A stretch of DNA of 64,000 bases from a bacterium (GCA_041640655.1 JBEPZV010000006.1:23000-86999), one strand, 5' to 3'. Counted from the first letter of the stretch, positions 9,501-20,905 are shown. Notes: generated by a model from the sequence alone, not told the origin. Made by a program: numbers and translations.

Positions 9501-10143
9501 GCGTCGCTTGGCCGAGAATCTCGAATCGCTTCGGGACCGACTGTCATCGCGTGAGGGCGCGCGCGCTCGTGGTGAAGAATCGCCGAGCGGGCCGCGTTCG
9601 TCCTCGCCGCAGAGGGCCGATCAATCTGGTGGGCGAGCTCGGGCGACGGCTGAACCGTCGCGGGAGGTGTCCGGGGAACGGCGCACGGGCGAGGCATGGA
9701 GGAATCCTATAGGGAGCCGGGGACCAGCTCGCGACTCCACTACCGATGCCACGGCCTTTGGACAGCCTCGACTGCGATCCGAGCGCGATCTGGGGGAAGC
9801 GCTCCGGCAACTTCGCCGCGAACTGGATGAGCGCGTGCGGGAGGCCGAAGCGTTGCGGCGTAGCCTTCTGCCTGTGCGCGATCTGGTGGATGACGCGAGC
9901 CGCCTCATCGCCGAGCTTCGACGACTCGATGCCGAGCGGCTCTTCAACGATCCTGAGGAGATCGAGCGCTTGAAGCGTCAAGTGCTCGATCCCCTGCGCC
10001 GATTGGAGTGGGAGTTGAGCCATCGGCAGCAAGAGCAACTGGGCGCAGACCGATTGCAATTGGGGGAGGAAGCAGCCGTCCCGCCAGAATACCGGCGCTT
10101 GGTCCAGGAGTACTATCGCCGGCTCGCCCGCCAGCCGAAGTGA
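6562..10143 (+). CDS. Large membrane-anchored protein with beta-rich domains and long coiled coil (DUF4175-like)
   Basis: Three N-terminal TM segments, EARVEDDYGI motif, long E/R/Q heptad region, C-terminal VPPEYRRLVQEYYRRLA; TGATG coupling to upstream gene. Confidence 0.8.
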   Translation: MTMHSSEELLDLVRRLRRRWMWGHLLERAAYGALVVLGWMVLAGIVTARAPMASGTMMVLRVGTLVVLLGAAYVCVFRPLRRRPDEVTFARFIEEREPRLEDRLVTAVEILAPSRATAAGTVVSSGERAGGFSPVIVRRLITDALAQCSTVSRESVLPTRVLRLRAILAIAPVVLFGALVLLGPGSLRMGWQRLYWPWGIAAPPHVAIRVHPGDTRVPRGLDQVVTATLHNFEAESARLVFRPRGESNWQAHAMQRVEPRTFRFLFSDLQRTVEYYVEARAVRSPAFRIEVVDWPRVSRLEVIYTYPAYTGHAPRKVDDGGEITAVKGTRVTVIAHLNGRVREARLVFDDGTSVAMQALHGDPEAPEGEARFTAQIVIRRDARYHVRVRPFVGEEYAASREYTITALEDAPPTIVIEKPGRDLKVTAIQEVFTEARVEDDYGIALVELRYSINGEPEQTVILHRAGTPRGSGAPVRVITGSHTFFLEELNLKPGDVISYYVKARDTNTVTGPGEATSDIYFLEVRPFDRRFRQAQQAPTGQGAEEHEGAFAERQKEIIAATWRVLREKDRVPGEEFRANVNTLELAQTKLREDVQAVVDRMWRRLGESLEEMEDFKKLFEALSAAVREMERAADELRARRLREALPFEQRAYQQLLRADAVFREVQVALANRAESGGSARAQDLADLFELELDKMQNQYETIQRDRGRARDRQLEEVERRLRELAERQQRLLEQSLRQGAARAPRGDPGRSGEDGRLAQEVRELARRLERLTRERPLSELDRVRQQLERAARELQRARGASTEGEAAAHRQQALEHMRTAQRQLQLAQRSQLGEDVARLREQARQAHEQQERIAREVERLAREAGRATDVLRERKSALAEEVARLRERIEDAARRARQENNARAAGSLSAAAETIRRQRLPERIAQGNRWLENRWLDRATSEERAIGRALDEVVRHLNEAARDVRSRQSGDHVAEALDRARRLAENLESLRDRLSSREGARARGEESPSGPRSSSPQRADQSGGRARATAEPSREVSGERRTGEAWRNPIGSRGPARDSTTDATAFGQPRLRSERDLGEALRQLRRELDERVREAEALRRSLLPVRDLVDDASRLIAELRRLDAERLFNDPEEIERLKRQVLDPLRRLEWELSHRQQEQLGADRLQLGEEAAVPPEYRRLVQEYYRRLARQPK

Positions 10144-10321
10144 GACTGTTCCGATGTGTCCCTCCCTGCTGAACTTGCTCAGGATGCGGGAGCGTGGGAT
10201 CTTCTTCTGATCTGGAGCCCGCAGGCGGTGCTGGTGGACGACGCTTTGCGCATCGTGCGGCTGCTTGTCCAGGACTAAGCGGTGCGAGTCGTCTTGGTTG
10301 GGTGGAGGTTTCCTTGGAGCC

Positions 10322-12034
10322 ATGGGCTCAGGTTCTCCACAAGTGGTGGGATTGAGAAAGTCACGTCTGATAACAAAAAGCATCCTTTGTTTGCTGGGTG
10401 TTCTTGCAGGGGGATGGCCTGAGGCTCTCACTATTCTCACTACACGGGACCCTGCTGATAGGTCCTTCAAGGTCATTGCTGCCGGTGCTTCTTCTCATCG
10501 TGCCCGTGAGTTGAGGAGACAGGGTGCGTCGAACCGACCGGCGAATCAAGATACTGAGGCCTTCTGGAAGCTGAAGGCGGAGGAGGGGTTCTCGTTTGCT
10601 TCTGGTGCTTGGTTGGACTTGGGTTTTGTCCAGGCCCAGACGCAGACACGGATTCTTCCCATGCGAACGATACGTATTGGGTTGAACCCAACGCGTTTCT
10701 CGGAATCGGGTGAGGTCCTCGCGGAGTTTGATACCAGTACGGCACAGAGGCACTCGCGAATCGTCCTCACGGCTACGGGACCTTTCATCTTGCTGCAGTC
10801 GACATGTGAAGAGGGCAGCATTCCCATTGCGTTCGGGGAAGCTGGGGAGGCCTTTGCCTTCACAGCGACTTTTGGGGGGATCGCCGTCGAGTTCCCCTCT
10901 GGGATCACTGTGAGTCTGATAACGAATAGCATTTGCATAGCTCCCGTTGCATCTGACGTTCTCCTTGCGGTCATGAGCATTCGACGTCGCAATCTGAACC
11001 GCGCTGGGAATCCCTTTGAGCCACCCTACTATCGGGGTGTGCTTGAGATTCAGCGCGCCACAGGCCTTGGCGAATCGGGGCTTCGGCTCATCAATGTCCT
11101 TGATCTTGAAGAATACTTGCAGGGCGTCATCACCAACGAGATGCCCGCCTCGTTTCATCCCGAGGCATTACGAGCTCAAGCGGTGGCAGCTCGCACCTAC
11201 GCTTTGGCCAATCGAGGCCGCTTCGCCAGCCGAGGGTTCGATCTTGACGATTCGACGCTCTCGCAAGTTTATCGCGGTGTGCTCTCCGAACATCCGAACG
11301 GCACGGCAGCCATTCAGAGCACGCGCGGATTGGTCGTCGTCCGGGATGGGGAACTGATTCCCACATTCTACTCGTCCTCGATGGGCGGGCATACGGAGGG
11401 CATCGAATGGATCTTCAATGCTCCGGCTGATCAACTTCCCGGGTCAAATGCTCATCCGGCGCTGCGGGCCGTTCACGATGGTGATTTCCCGGTGCCTGTG
11501 GATCTCTTGTCGGACGAAGGGGCGCTGGTGTTCTACAGCCGGAGTTGGGATCATTTCGATAGCCCGCAGCGCAGCGGAAACTCCCGCTACCGATGGGTAG
11601 TCACGCGCAGTGTGGAGTTCATTGCTGAGCGTCTGGCCAGCACTCGCGGCCTCTGGCTTGGTACGATCCTGGACGTGATCGCGACGCTGCGCAGCCCGTC
11701 AGGACGCATCGCTCAACTGCAAATCGTAGGCGAGCGCGGGACGGTGACGCTGCAGGGGTGGCGAACACTGCGGGATTTCTTCCAGCTGCTCAACAGCCCG
11801 AGTGCCATCGTCCCACGGCGAGATGCCACGGGACGGGTGACGGGCTTTGATCTCTACGGTGGGGGATGGGGGCATAATGTCGGCATGAGTCAGTATGGAG
11901 CACACGGTCGGGGCCGCAGCGGACAGACCTTTCGGGAGATTCTCGCCGCCTATTACATGGGCGCTGAAGTCGTTTCCATCGAGGTTGAGGCGTCTGAGAA
12001 GCCCAATTGGGTGATCTGGCGAGAGCGCCGGTAG
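10322..12034 (+). CDS. SpoIID/LytB-domain lytic transglycosylase
   Basis: YRGVLE, INVLDLEEYLQGVITNEMPASFHPEALRAQAVAARTYA, QVYRG, GGGWGHNVGMSQYGA. Start codon uncertain. Confidence 0.88.
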   Translation: MGSGSPQVVGLRKSRLITKSILCLLGVLAGGWPEALTILTTRDPADRSFKVIAAGASSHRARELRRQGASNRPANQDTEAFWKLKAEEGFSFASGAWLDLGFVQAQTQTRILPMRTIRIGLNPTRFSESGEVLAEFDTSTAQRHSRIVLTATGPFILLQSTCEEGSIPIAFGEAGEAFAFTATFGGIAVEFPSGITVSLITNSICIAPVASDVLLAVMSIRRRNLNRAGNPFEPPYYRGVLEIQRATGLGESGLRLINVLDLEEYLQGVITNEMPASFHPEALRAQAVAARTYALANRGRFASRGFDLDDSTLSQVYRGVLSEHPNGTAAIQSTRGLVVVRDGELIPTFYSSSMGGHTEGIEWIFNAPADQLPGSNAHPALRAVHDGDFPVPVDLLSDEGALVFYSRSWDHFDSPQRSGNSRYRWVVTRSVEFIAERLASTRGLWLGTILDVIATLRSPSGRIAQLQIVGERGTVTLQGWRTLRDFFQLLNSPSAIVPRRDATGRVTGFDLYGGGWGHNVGMSQYGAHGRGRSGQTFREILAAYYMGAEVVSIEVEASEKPNWVIWRERR

Positions 12035-12295
12035 TGAGAGAGGCGCGTTGCCTGTCGCGCCATGTCAGTATGGATAGCCATCGTCTGGAGTGCGGGGGAA
12101 CGGCGGACAAAAGCCTCGCAGGGGTTGTGTTAATTGTGCACCGGGCGAAGATCAACCATGAGAGCGCCGCAGCGTCTGACGCGCAGATGGTATCGGGCTG
12201 AAGGCCGCTCGGCTGCTTGACCTCCTCGGGCTGGCGGAAAGTTGTGGATGTGCGCCAGATGCATGGGGAAGGTGCACGATCTTTGGAAGCGCATC

Positions 12296-12323
12296 GAGTC
12301 CGATAAGAAATCTTCTGACATAA
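12296..12323 (+). other. Candidate degenerate dif-like Xer site
   Basis: 11-6-11 layout GAGTCCGATAA-GAAATC-TTCTGACATAA in an AT-rich intergenic patch between convergent genes near the skew inversion; right arm deviates from TTATGT. Confidence 0.35.
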
Positions 12324-12358
12324 AATCTATAAATAGCGCGCCATCAACGGGGAGTTGC

Positions 12359-14775
<2,417 letters not shown>

Positions 14776-14812
14776 GCTCGCCCCTCCTGCTTCTTGAACT
14801 CATGAGCGCGTG

Positions 14813-14842
14813 ACTGTATCACATCGACAATCGGCGTGTCAA
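14813..14842 (-). promoter_or_regulatory. sigma70-type promoter of metK-ahcY
   Basis: TTGACA-N18-TACAGT with TG extension on the minus strand, about 37 nt before the GTG start. Confidence 0.65.
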
Positions 14843-14871
14843 GAAAACGCTCCCGATGCCCTGCCGGTGAT

Positions 14872-15756
14872 TCACGCTCGAGGGTGGCAGCGATCGTAAA
14901 TCTGACGAAGGCGCTCGTTGGTGACATAGGTGTACACCTGGGTCGTACTGAGATCAGCATGTCCGAGCATCATCTGAACGGATCGCAGATCGGCCCCGTG
15001 CTCCAGAAGATGTGTGGCGAACGTATGGCGCAGCATATGGGGCATGACGCGCCCCAGTCCGGCCGCGCGCCCGTATCGCGCGACAATCTTCCAAAGGGCT
15101 TGACGCGTCAGCGCACGCCCTCGCGGCGAGATGAAAAGCCACGCCGAAGTCCTCTGCCCCAACCACCGCTGTCGCACCGGAAGATACCTCAGGACCCACT
15201 CGATCGCCGAGCGACCCAGCGGAACCAACCGCTCTTTGCTCCCCTTCCCCAAACAGATCACAATCCCTTGATCCACATCCACATCCGTGAGCTTCAAGGC
15301 GACCAACTCTGACGCCCTCAATCCGGTCGCATACAAGACTTCGAGAATCGCGCGATCCCGAATCCCAATATCTCGAGTCACATCAGGTTGCTCAAGTAAA
15401 AGATTAACCTCTTCGACCGTGAGGAACTTCGGGAGCATCTGCCAAGACCTTGGAGTATCAAGACCTGCCGTCGGATCGGTTTTCAAGACGCCGTCGAGGA
15501 TCAAGAACTTGAAGAAATTTCTCAACGTCGTCATGCTTCGCGCGATGCTCTTCGCATCATACCCCCGCTCCTTCATCTCCCGAAGGAAGTCCCGAACGTC
15601 CTCCCGCGAGAGGCTCGGCAAATCTCTCCCCCTCTCCCGCCTCGCCCAGGCAGCGGCCTGCTCCAGGTCACGGCGATAGGCCTCGATCGTGTTGGCCGAG
15701 AGCCCTCGCTCGACTCTCAACGACGTGAGGAACTCTCTCACGAGATCGCGCGACAT
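14872..15756 (-). CDS. xerD: Tyrosine recombinase XerD
   Basis: ERGLSANTIEAYRRDL, LYATGLRASEL, GKGSKERLVP, PHMLRHTFATHLLEHGADLRSVQMMLGHADLSTTQVYT; full R-K-H-R-H-Y set. Confidence 0.92.
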   Translation of the reverse strand: MSRDLVREFLTSLRVERGLSANTIEAYRRDLEQAAAWARRERGRDLPSLSREDVRDFLREMKERGYDAKSIARSMTTLRNFFKFLILDGVLKTDPTAGLDTPRSWQMLPKFLTVEEVNLLLEQPDVTRDIGIRDRAILEVLYATGLRASELVALKLTDVDVDQGIVICLGKGSKERLVPLGRSAIEWVLRYLPVRQRWLGQRTSAWLFISPRGRALTRQALWKIVARYGRAAGLGRVMPHMLRHTFATHLLEHGADLRSVQMMLGHADLSTTQVYTYVTNERLRQIYDRCHPRA

Positions 15757-15837
15757 CGTTCGCACCTTGACTCTCTCGCCACAGTCCCCGTAGATTTACT
15801 CACCTTAAATAGCCCATATCGAGGGACCGAGTCAACC

Positions 15838-16875
15838 ATGAGACTCTCCGACATCGCCCGATACATCGGCGCGCGGCTCGAGGGCGAGGATCTCGAAATC
15901 ACGGGGATCGCTCCGATCGCCGAAGCCCAACCCGGAGAGCTGACCTTCATCGCCAATCCCAAGTACGCTCCCCTGATCAAGACGACGCGCGCCTCGGCCG
16001 TGATCGTCGCCGAGGACTTCGCCCCCGCGCCGATCGCGCTTCTGCGAACGCCCAACCCCTATTTCGCCTTCGCTAAAGCCCTGGAGCTGTTCCACCGCCC
16101 TCTTCAACCAGAGCCCGGGATCCATCCGACGGCCCTCGTGCACCCGAGCACCAAGCTCGGCACCGGCGTCGCCATTGGCGCGTACACGGTCATCGCCGCC
16201 GAATGCGAGATCGGCGACCATGTCGTCATCTACCCCCATTGTATGATCTACCCGAACGTCCGCATCGGCGCGCATACGACCATCCATTCCCACGTGACCA
16301 TTCGCGAGAACACGCAGATCGGCGCCCGCGTCATCATCCACAACGGAGCGCGCATCGGCACCGATGGCTTCGGATACGCGCGCGATCCCGAAGGCCGATG
16401 GTATAAGATCCCTCAAACGGGACGGGTGATCATCCGAGACGGGGTCGAGATCGGCGCCAATACGACCATTGACCGCGCGGCCATTGGCGAGACGGTCATC
16501 GCCGACCACGTGAAGATCGATAATCTGGTGCAGATCGGTCATGGGTGTAAGGTGGGCGAGAACTCGCTCTTGTGCGCTCAGGTCGGACTGGCCGGAAGCA
16601 CTGAGGTCGGGCGCAACGTCATGCTCGCCGGTCAAGTGGGGGCCGCCGGCCATCTCCGCATCGGCGATAATGTGATCGCCACGGCTCAAACTGGCATCCC
16701 CTCCTCGGTCGAACCCAACCGCGTCATCTCGGGTTATCCGGCCATGGAGAATGCCCTCTGGCGGCGCGCCTCGGTCCTCTTCGCCCGCTTGCCGGAGATG
16801 TACCGCCTCTTGCGCGAGATGAAGGGACGGCTGGAGCGTCTCGAACGCCTCCATGCGCAGACAAATTCGGAGTGA
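15838..16875 (+). CDS. lpxD: UDP-3-O-acylglucosamine N-acyltransferase
   Basis: NPYFAFAKA, hexapeptide repeats, IGTDGFGYA, VEIGANTTIDRAA, KIDNLVQIGH. Confidence 0.96.
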   Translation: MRLSDIARYIGARLEGEDLEITGIAPIAEAQPGELTFIANPKYAPLIKTTRASAVIVAEDFAPAPIALLRTPNPYFAFAKALELFHRPLQPEPGIHPTALVHPSTKLGTGVAIGAYTVIAAECEIGDHVVIYPHCMIYPNVRIGAHTTIHSHVTIRENTQIGARVIIHNGARIGTDGFGYARDPEGRWYKIPQTGRVIIRDGVEIGANTTIDRAAIGETVIADHVKIDNLVQIGHGCKVGENSLLCAQVGLAGSTEVGRNVMLAGQVGAAGHLRIGDNVIATAQTGIPSSVEPNRVISGYPAMENALWRRASVLFARLPEMYRLLREMKGRLERLERLHAQTNSE

Positions 16876-16878
16876 GCC

Positions 16879-17424
16879 ATGACGCTGAAGATCGAGAACC
16901 GAACGACTGTGCGCCTCAACGTCCAGAAGCTGACCGAGCACATCCACTCTGTTCTGGAGACGATCCCTCGCGAGCATCTGCGCGGAGTGAGCAAGCTCGT
17001 TCTGGTGGATTACGTCACGGATTCGCGTCTGGACCCGCAGACCCGCCGCGAGCTCCCCGGACTCTATCATCCGCGGATGCCCGGTTCCCCACACGCCTGG
17101 CTGGAGATCGCGCTCAAGCCCCTCACCCCCGAAGGCTCGCTCTGGAAGCGCCTCTCGGCCCGTCTGGCCCTCAAGGCCAATGTGACGGCCACGCTGCTGT
17201 CGCTCATCGCCCAGCACTATTATCTGACGCTCTCGCACGGTGTGCGGAAGGGGCAATACGAACAGGCCATCCGAAGTTACGTGGATCGGCAGCTCTCGAT
17301 CTACGCCCGAACGCGCAAGGGGTGGCGAGCGCGACTCATCCGCCCTTTCCTCCCTTGGCTCGAAAAGCTCGCCCGCTGGTTGCAGAAGAAATCCCATCAG
17401 CAGGCGCGCCAAAGACGCGCCTGA
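16879..17424 (+). CDS. Hypothetical protein (181 aa)
   Basis: Starts 3 nt after the lpxD stop and fills the gap to parB with genome-typical codon usage. Confidence 0.75.
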   Translation: MTLKIENRTTVRLNVQKLTEHIHSVLETIPREHLRGVSKLVLVDYVTDSRLDPQTRRELPGLYHPRMPGSPHAWLEIALKPLTPEGSLWKRLSARLALKANVTATLLSLIAQHYYLTLSHGVRKGQYEQAIRSYVDRQLSIYARTRKGWRARLIRPFLPWLEKLARWLQKKSHQQARQRRA

Positions 17425-17427
17425 CGC

Positions 17428-18240
17428 TCAGACGGCCCGCTCGATCTCCTCGGCCACTCGGCGCAGACACTCGGCCACTTCTCCAGGAGTCACCTCCGCC
17501 TTCTTGAACCGCACCTCCAGACGGAATTCGGCCGCGCGATAGCGATAGACGAAGGGGCGAGGCCGCTTCTGCACCGCCCGCTTTTGACGCCGAACGTCAT
17601 CTCGCCGCAGCCCCTCGCGGCGGATGCGCTCAATGAGCGCTCGCATCTGCTCGACATCCTTCAATCGGGCGATCTGCAGCAGCACGGACTTCGACTGAAT
17701 GTCGGCGCGCCGACAGAGTTCCTTGATCTCCTCCGGCATCTCGGCCAACGCCAACGTCTCGGTCACCGACGATCGCGACTTCCCGATCTTGCGCGCGATC
17801 TCCTCATGCGTGTAGCCGAACCGCTCGACCAGCATCTTGAACCCCTGCGCCTCCTCAAACGGCGTCAGGTCCTTCCGCTGCAAGTTCTCGATCAGGTTGA
17901 TCTCGGCCACCGCCTGATCGTCCACGTCCATCTCAATGCACGGGACCTCGCGCAAACCGACAATCAGCGCCGCTCGATACCGCCGCTCGCCGCTGATGAT
18001 CATGAACCGCCCATCCCCCTTCGGACGCACAAGGAGCGGCTCCAGAATCCCCTTCTCCCGAATCGAGGCCACCAGATCCGAGAGATCCCCGATCTCCACC
18101 CGAGGCTGCTCCAGATTCAGATCGAGCCGATCAATGGGGATCATCCGTCCGATCGGAGCCCCTGTGCGCGAGGCCAACTGCTCGACAAAGTGCAGATCAT
18201 GCCGCAATCGGAGATTCGCCGGAAGTCCTCGCTTAGACAC
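17428..18240 (-). CDS. parB: ParB/Spo0J-family protein (atypical)
   Basis: [28 protein letters not shown]ase motif, [27 protein letters not shown]. Confidence 0.88.
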   Translation of the reverse strand: MSKRGLPANLRLRHDLHFVEQLASRTGAPIGRMIPIDRLDLNLEQPRVEIGDLSDLVASIREKGILEPLLVRPKGDGRFMIISGERRYRAALIVGLREVPCIEMDVDDQAVAEINLIENLQRKDLTPFEEAQGFKMLVERFGYTHEEIARKIGKSRSSVTETLALAEMPEEIKELCRRADIQSKSVLLQIARLKDVEQMRALIERIRREGLRRDDVRRQKRAVQKRPRPFVYRYRAAEFRLEVRFKKAEVTPGEVAECLRRVAEEIERAV

Positions 18241-19027
18241 GCTCGATCACCTCCTCGCAGAGTCGTTCGTACTCCAGCGCCGCCGTCGACTGGGGCGCGA
18301 AGGTGAAGATCGATTCCCGATACGCCGGGCTCTCCTCCAAACGCACCGACCGCGAGATCACGGTTCGGAACACCTGATGGCCGAAGACCTGCTTGATCTG
18401 CTCCAGAGAATCGCGCGCGATGGCCGTCCGCCGATCATAGAGCGTCACGACGACCCCAAGGAGCAAGAGATTGGGATTCGGCCGCGCTTTGATCTTCTCC
18501 ACCGTCTCCAACAGATCATCCGTGCCCTCCAGAGCGAAATACGAGGATTGAATGGGGATGATCAGATGCGAGGCGGCCACCAGGGCATTCACCGTCAACA
18601 GACCGAGCGTCGGCGGCGTATCCAGGATCACGAAGTGGTACTGACCCTTGATCTGATCCAGCCGATCCTTCACCCGATAGGGCGCATCGAACTCCCCAAT
18701 TAACATGCTCTCAAATTTGGCCAAGCTGATGCGCGAGGGCAGCAGCTCCAGATTCTGAACCGGCGTCGCGCGGATCACCTGCTCGGCCGTCACCGAACGA
18801 TCCATGAGCCAATCGAAGATCGAGACCCCGACCTCACGCAGGTCCACATAGGAGAGCGAACTGTTGGCCTGCGGATCCAAATCCACCAGCAGCACGCGAT
18901 AGCCTTTGCGCGCCAGTCCGGCCGAGAGATTGATCGCCGTGGTCGTCTTCCCAACCCCGCCTTTTTGATTCGCGATCGCGATGACGACGGATCGGATCGT
19001 CTTCTCCGTCACGGCCTGTCGCCTCAC
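18233..19027 (-). CDS. parA: ParA/Soj-family ATPase
   Basis: [15 protein letters not shown] deviant Walker [25 protein letters not shown]. Confidence 0.93.
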   Translation of the reverse strand: MRRQAVTEKTIRSVVIAIANQKGGVGKTTTAINLSAGLARKGYRVLLVDLDPQANSSLSYVDLREVGVSIFDWLMDRSVTAEQVIRATPVQNLELLPSRISLAKFESMLIGEFDAPYRVKDRLDQIKGQYHFVILDTPPTLGLLTVNALVAASHLIIPIQSSYFALEGTDDLLETVEKIKARPNPNLLLLGVVVTLYDRRTAIARDSLEQIKQVFGHQVFRTVISRSVRLEESPAYRESIFTFAPQSTAALEYERLCEEVIERV

Positions 19028-19036
19028 CCAAAAGGC

Positions 19037-19510
19037 TCACCTCCGATACGGACCACCGGATTCCCCACCGATGTCGTCGGACCACTCCTCGGATTCGACC
19101 TCCTCATCCGAGATCACACTGCGCGAGCTGCGCATGACGTGCTCGGCCACGAAGATCGGACTGTCGGTCCGAAGCGCCAGGGCGATCGCATCGCTCGGGC
19201 GCGAATCCACAATCACCTTCTCCCCGCCGACATCCAGAATGATGACGGCATAGAAGGTGCTGTCGCGCAGATCGGTGATGATGACCCGCTCCACGGTCGC
19301 CCCGAGCTGAGCGATGACGTTCTTCAAGAGATCGTGCGTCATCGGACGCTGAGGCACCGCCTTCTCGATCTCCATCGCGATGGCATTGGCCTCGAACACC
19401 CCGATCCAGATGGGAAGCATCGCCTCGGAGGCCACATCCTTGAGGATGACCACGGGCGAATTGTTCGTCGGATCGAGGATGAGCCCCCGAACCTTCACTT
19501 CACGCTCCAT
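19037..19510 (-). CDS. Bifunctional nuclease family protein (DUF151)
   Basis: LPIWIGVFEANAI, RPMTHDLL, TFYA, DSRPSDAIALALR. Confidence 0.92.
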   Translation of the reverse strand: MEREVKVRGLILDPTNNSPVVILKDVASEAMLPIWIGVFEANAIAMEIEKAVPQRPMTHDLLKNVIAQLGATVERVIITDLRDSTFYAVIILDVGGEKVIVDSRPSDAIALALRTDSPIFVAEHVMRSSRSVISDEEVESEEWSDDIGGESGGPYRR

Positions 19511-19525
19511 AAGATGTCCCTCGCC

Positions 19526-20854
19526 TTAACGGAGAACCTCGAGGCTCCGCCCGAAGAGACTATGCGGATTCACTCTCGTGATCTCAACTTTCACGAGAGC
19601 TCCTTCGATGTTCTCTCTTGAATCCTCAAAGTTTACGACGATATTCTCGCTCGTATGACCGGACCAGTGATATTCTGACTTAGCACTCTTTCCTTCAACC
19701 AAAACTTCAACAACTCGGCCGACATATCGCTGCCACCTCTTGAGCTGAATCTCCCGCTGCCGCTGCTCAAGTCGCATCAACCGCTCCGTCTTCACCTCAT
19801 CCGGAACCTGATCCGATAACCGCGCGGCCGGCGTCCCCGGCCTCGGCGAGTACTTGAAGATGTAAAGCCCATCGAATTCCACCTCCTCGATCAACGCCAT
19901 CGTCTGCTGAAAGTCCCGCTCGGTCTCCCCAGGAAACCCCACGATGATGTCCCCCGTCACCGCGATCTCCCGCTTCGCCGAACGGATCCACTCGATGCGC
20001 CGCAGGTATTCGGTCCTCGTGTAGCCGCGGTTCATCAACGCCAGAATCCGATCCGACCCCGACTGCGGCGGCAGATGAACCCAATTGCAGAGGTTCGGAT
20101 ACTCCTCGATCATCCGCACGATCTCCGGCGTGAAATCCCTCGGATGCGAGGTCGTGAACTTCAGACGCGGGATGCCGCCGGCTTCAGCCAAGAGCCGCAG
20201 TAGCTTCGGGAAGCAGAGGCGCTGCCCGAGCTCCAGCCGCTCGCTCAGGCCATAGCTGTTGACGTTCTGCCCAAGCAGATGCACCTCCCGATACCCGGCC
20301 TCGGCCAAGGCCCGCACTTCGGCCAGGATCTTCAGCGGGGATCGGCTGCGCTCTCTGCCGCGCGTGAAGGGGACGATACAGAAGGTGCAGAACTTATCGC
20401 ACCCCTCCATGATGGTCACATAGGCGACGTGTCGCAGGCGCCGTTCAGCCGGTGAGATCTCCAGAAACTCGGGACGATTCGGCGTGCGCGTCTGCACGAG
20501 CGGACGTCCCTGCTGCAGGCGCTCGAGGATCTCTGGCAGCTCCCCGAGCGCCTGAGTCCCCAGGACGAAATCCACGCCCGGCACCCGCTCCAGCAACCGC
20601 CGTCCGTACAACTGCGCGACGCACCCTATGACCCCAATGAGCACGTCAGGGGACCGGCTCCGGAGCTGCCGAATGCGGCTGTAGACCTTCTCCTCGGGCC
20701 TCTCCCGCACCGAGCACGTGTTGAACAGGATGAGCTCGGCCTGTTGCGGATCATCGCTCCACTCATAGCCGAGACGGCGCAAGAGCGCCGCCGCCTTCTC
20801 CGAATCCACGACGTTCATCTGACATCCGAAGGTCTCGATGAAGAAGCGCTTCAT
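19526..20854 (-). CDS. miaB: tRNA methylthiotransferase MiaB
   Basis: ETFGCQMNVVDSE, NTCSVRE, GCDKFCTFCIVP, LLGQNVNSY, FTTSHPRD, C-terminal TRAM domain. Confidence 0.96.
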   Translation of the reverse strand: MKRFFIETFGCQMNVVDSEKAAALLRRLGYEWSDDPQQAELILFNTCSVRERPEEKVYSRIRQLRSRSPDVLIGVIGCVAQLYGRRLLERVPGVDFVLGTQALGELPEILERLQQGRPLVQTRTPNRPEFLEISPAERRLRHVAYVTIMEGCDKFCTFCIVPFTRGRERSRSPLKILAEVRALAEAGYREVHLLGQNVNSYGLSERLELGQRLCFPKLLRLLAEAGGIPRLKFTTSHPRDFTPEIVRMIEEYPNLCNWVHLPPQSGSDRILALMNRGYTRTEYLRRIEWIRSAKREIAVTGDIIVGFPGETERDFQQTMALIEEVEFDGLYIFKYSPRPGTPAARLSDQVPDEVKTERLMRLEQRQREIQLKRWQRYVGRVVEVLVEGKSAKSEYHWSGHTSENIVVNFEDSRENIEGALVKVEITRVNPHSLFGRSLEVLR

Positions 20855-20905
20855 TGTCGGCCCGCCGACATTCAAACTAATCTCCTGAAATGCAAGAAAA
20901 TACCA

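Noticed and set aside
10156..10278. 40-codon ORF (VSLPAELAQDAGAWDLLLIW...) in frame after the DUF4175-like stop
   Set aside because: No SD, no recognisable family and no readthrough signal; cannot be supported.
14776..14871. SAM or SAH riboswitch upstream of metK-ahcY
   Set aside because: The predicted promoter leaves only a ~30-nt leader and no aptamer motifs are visible.
14872..15756. Tyrosine recombinase as a phage or island integrase
   Set aside because: Size and motifs match housekeeping XerD; flanked by core genes with no att repeats or cargo.
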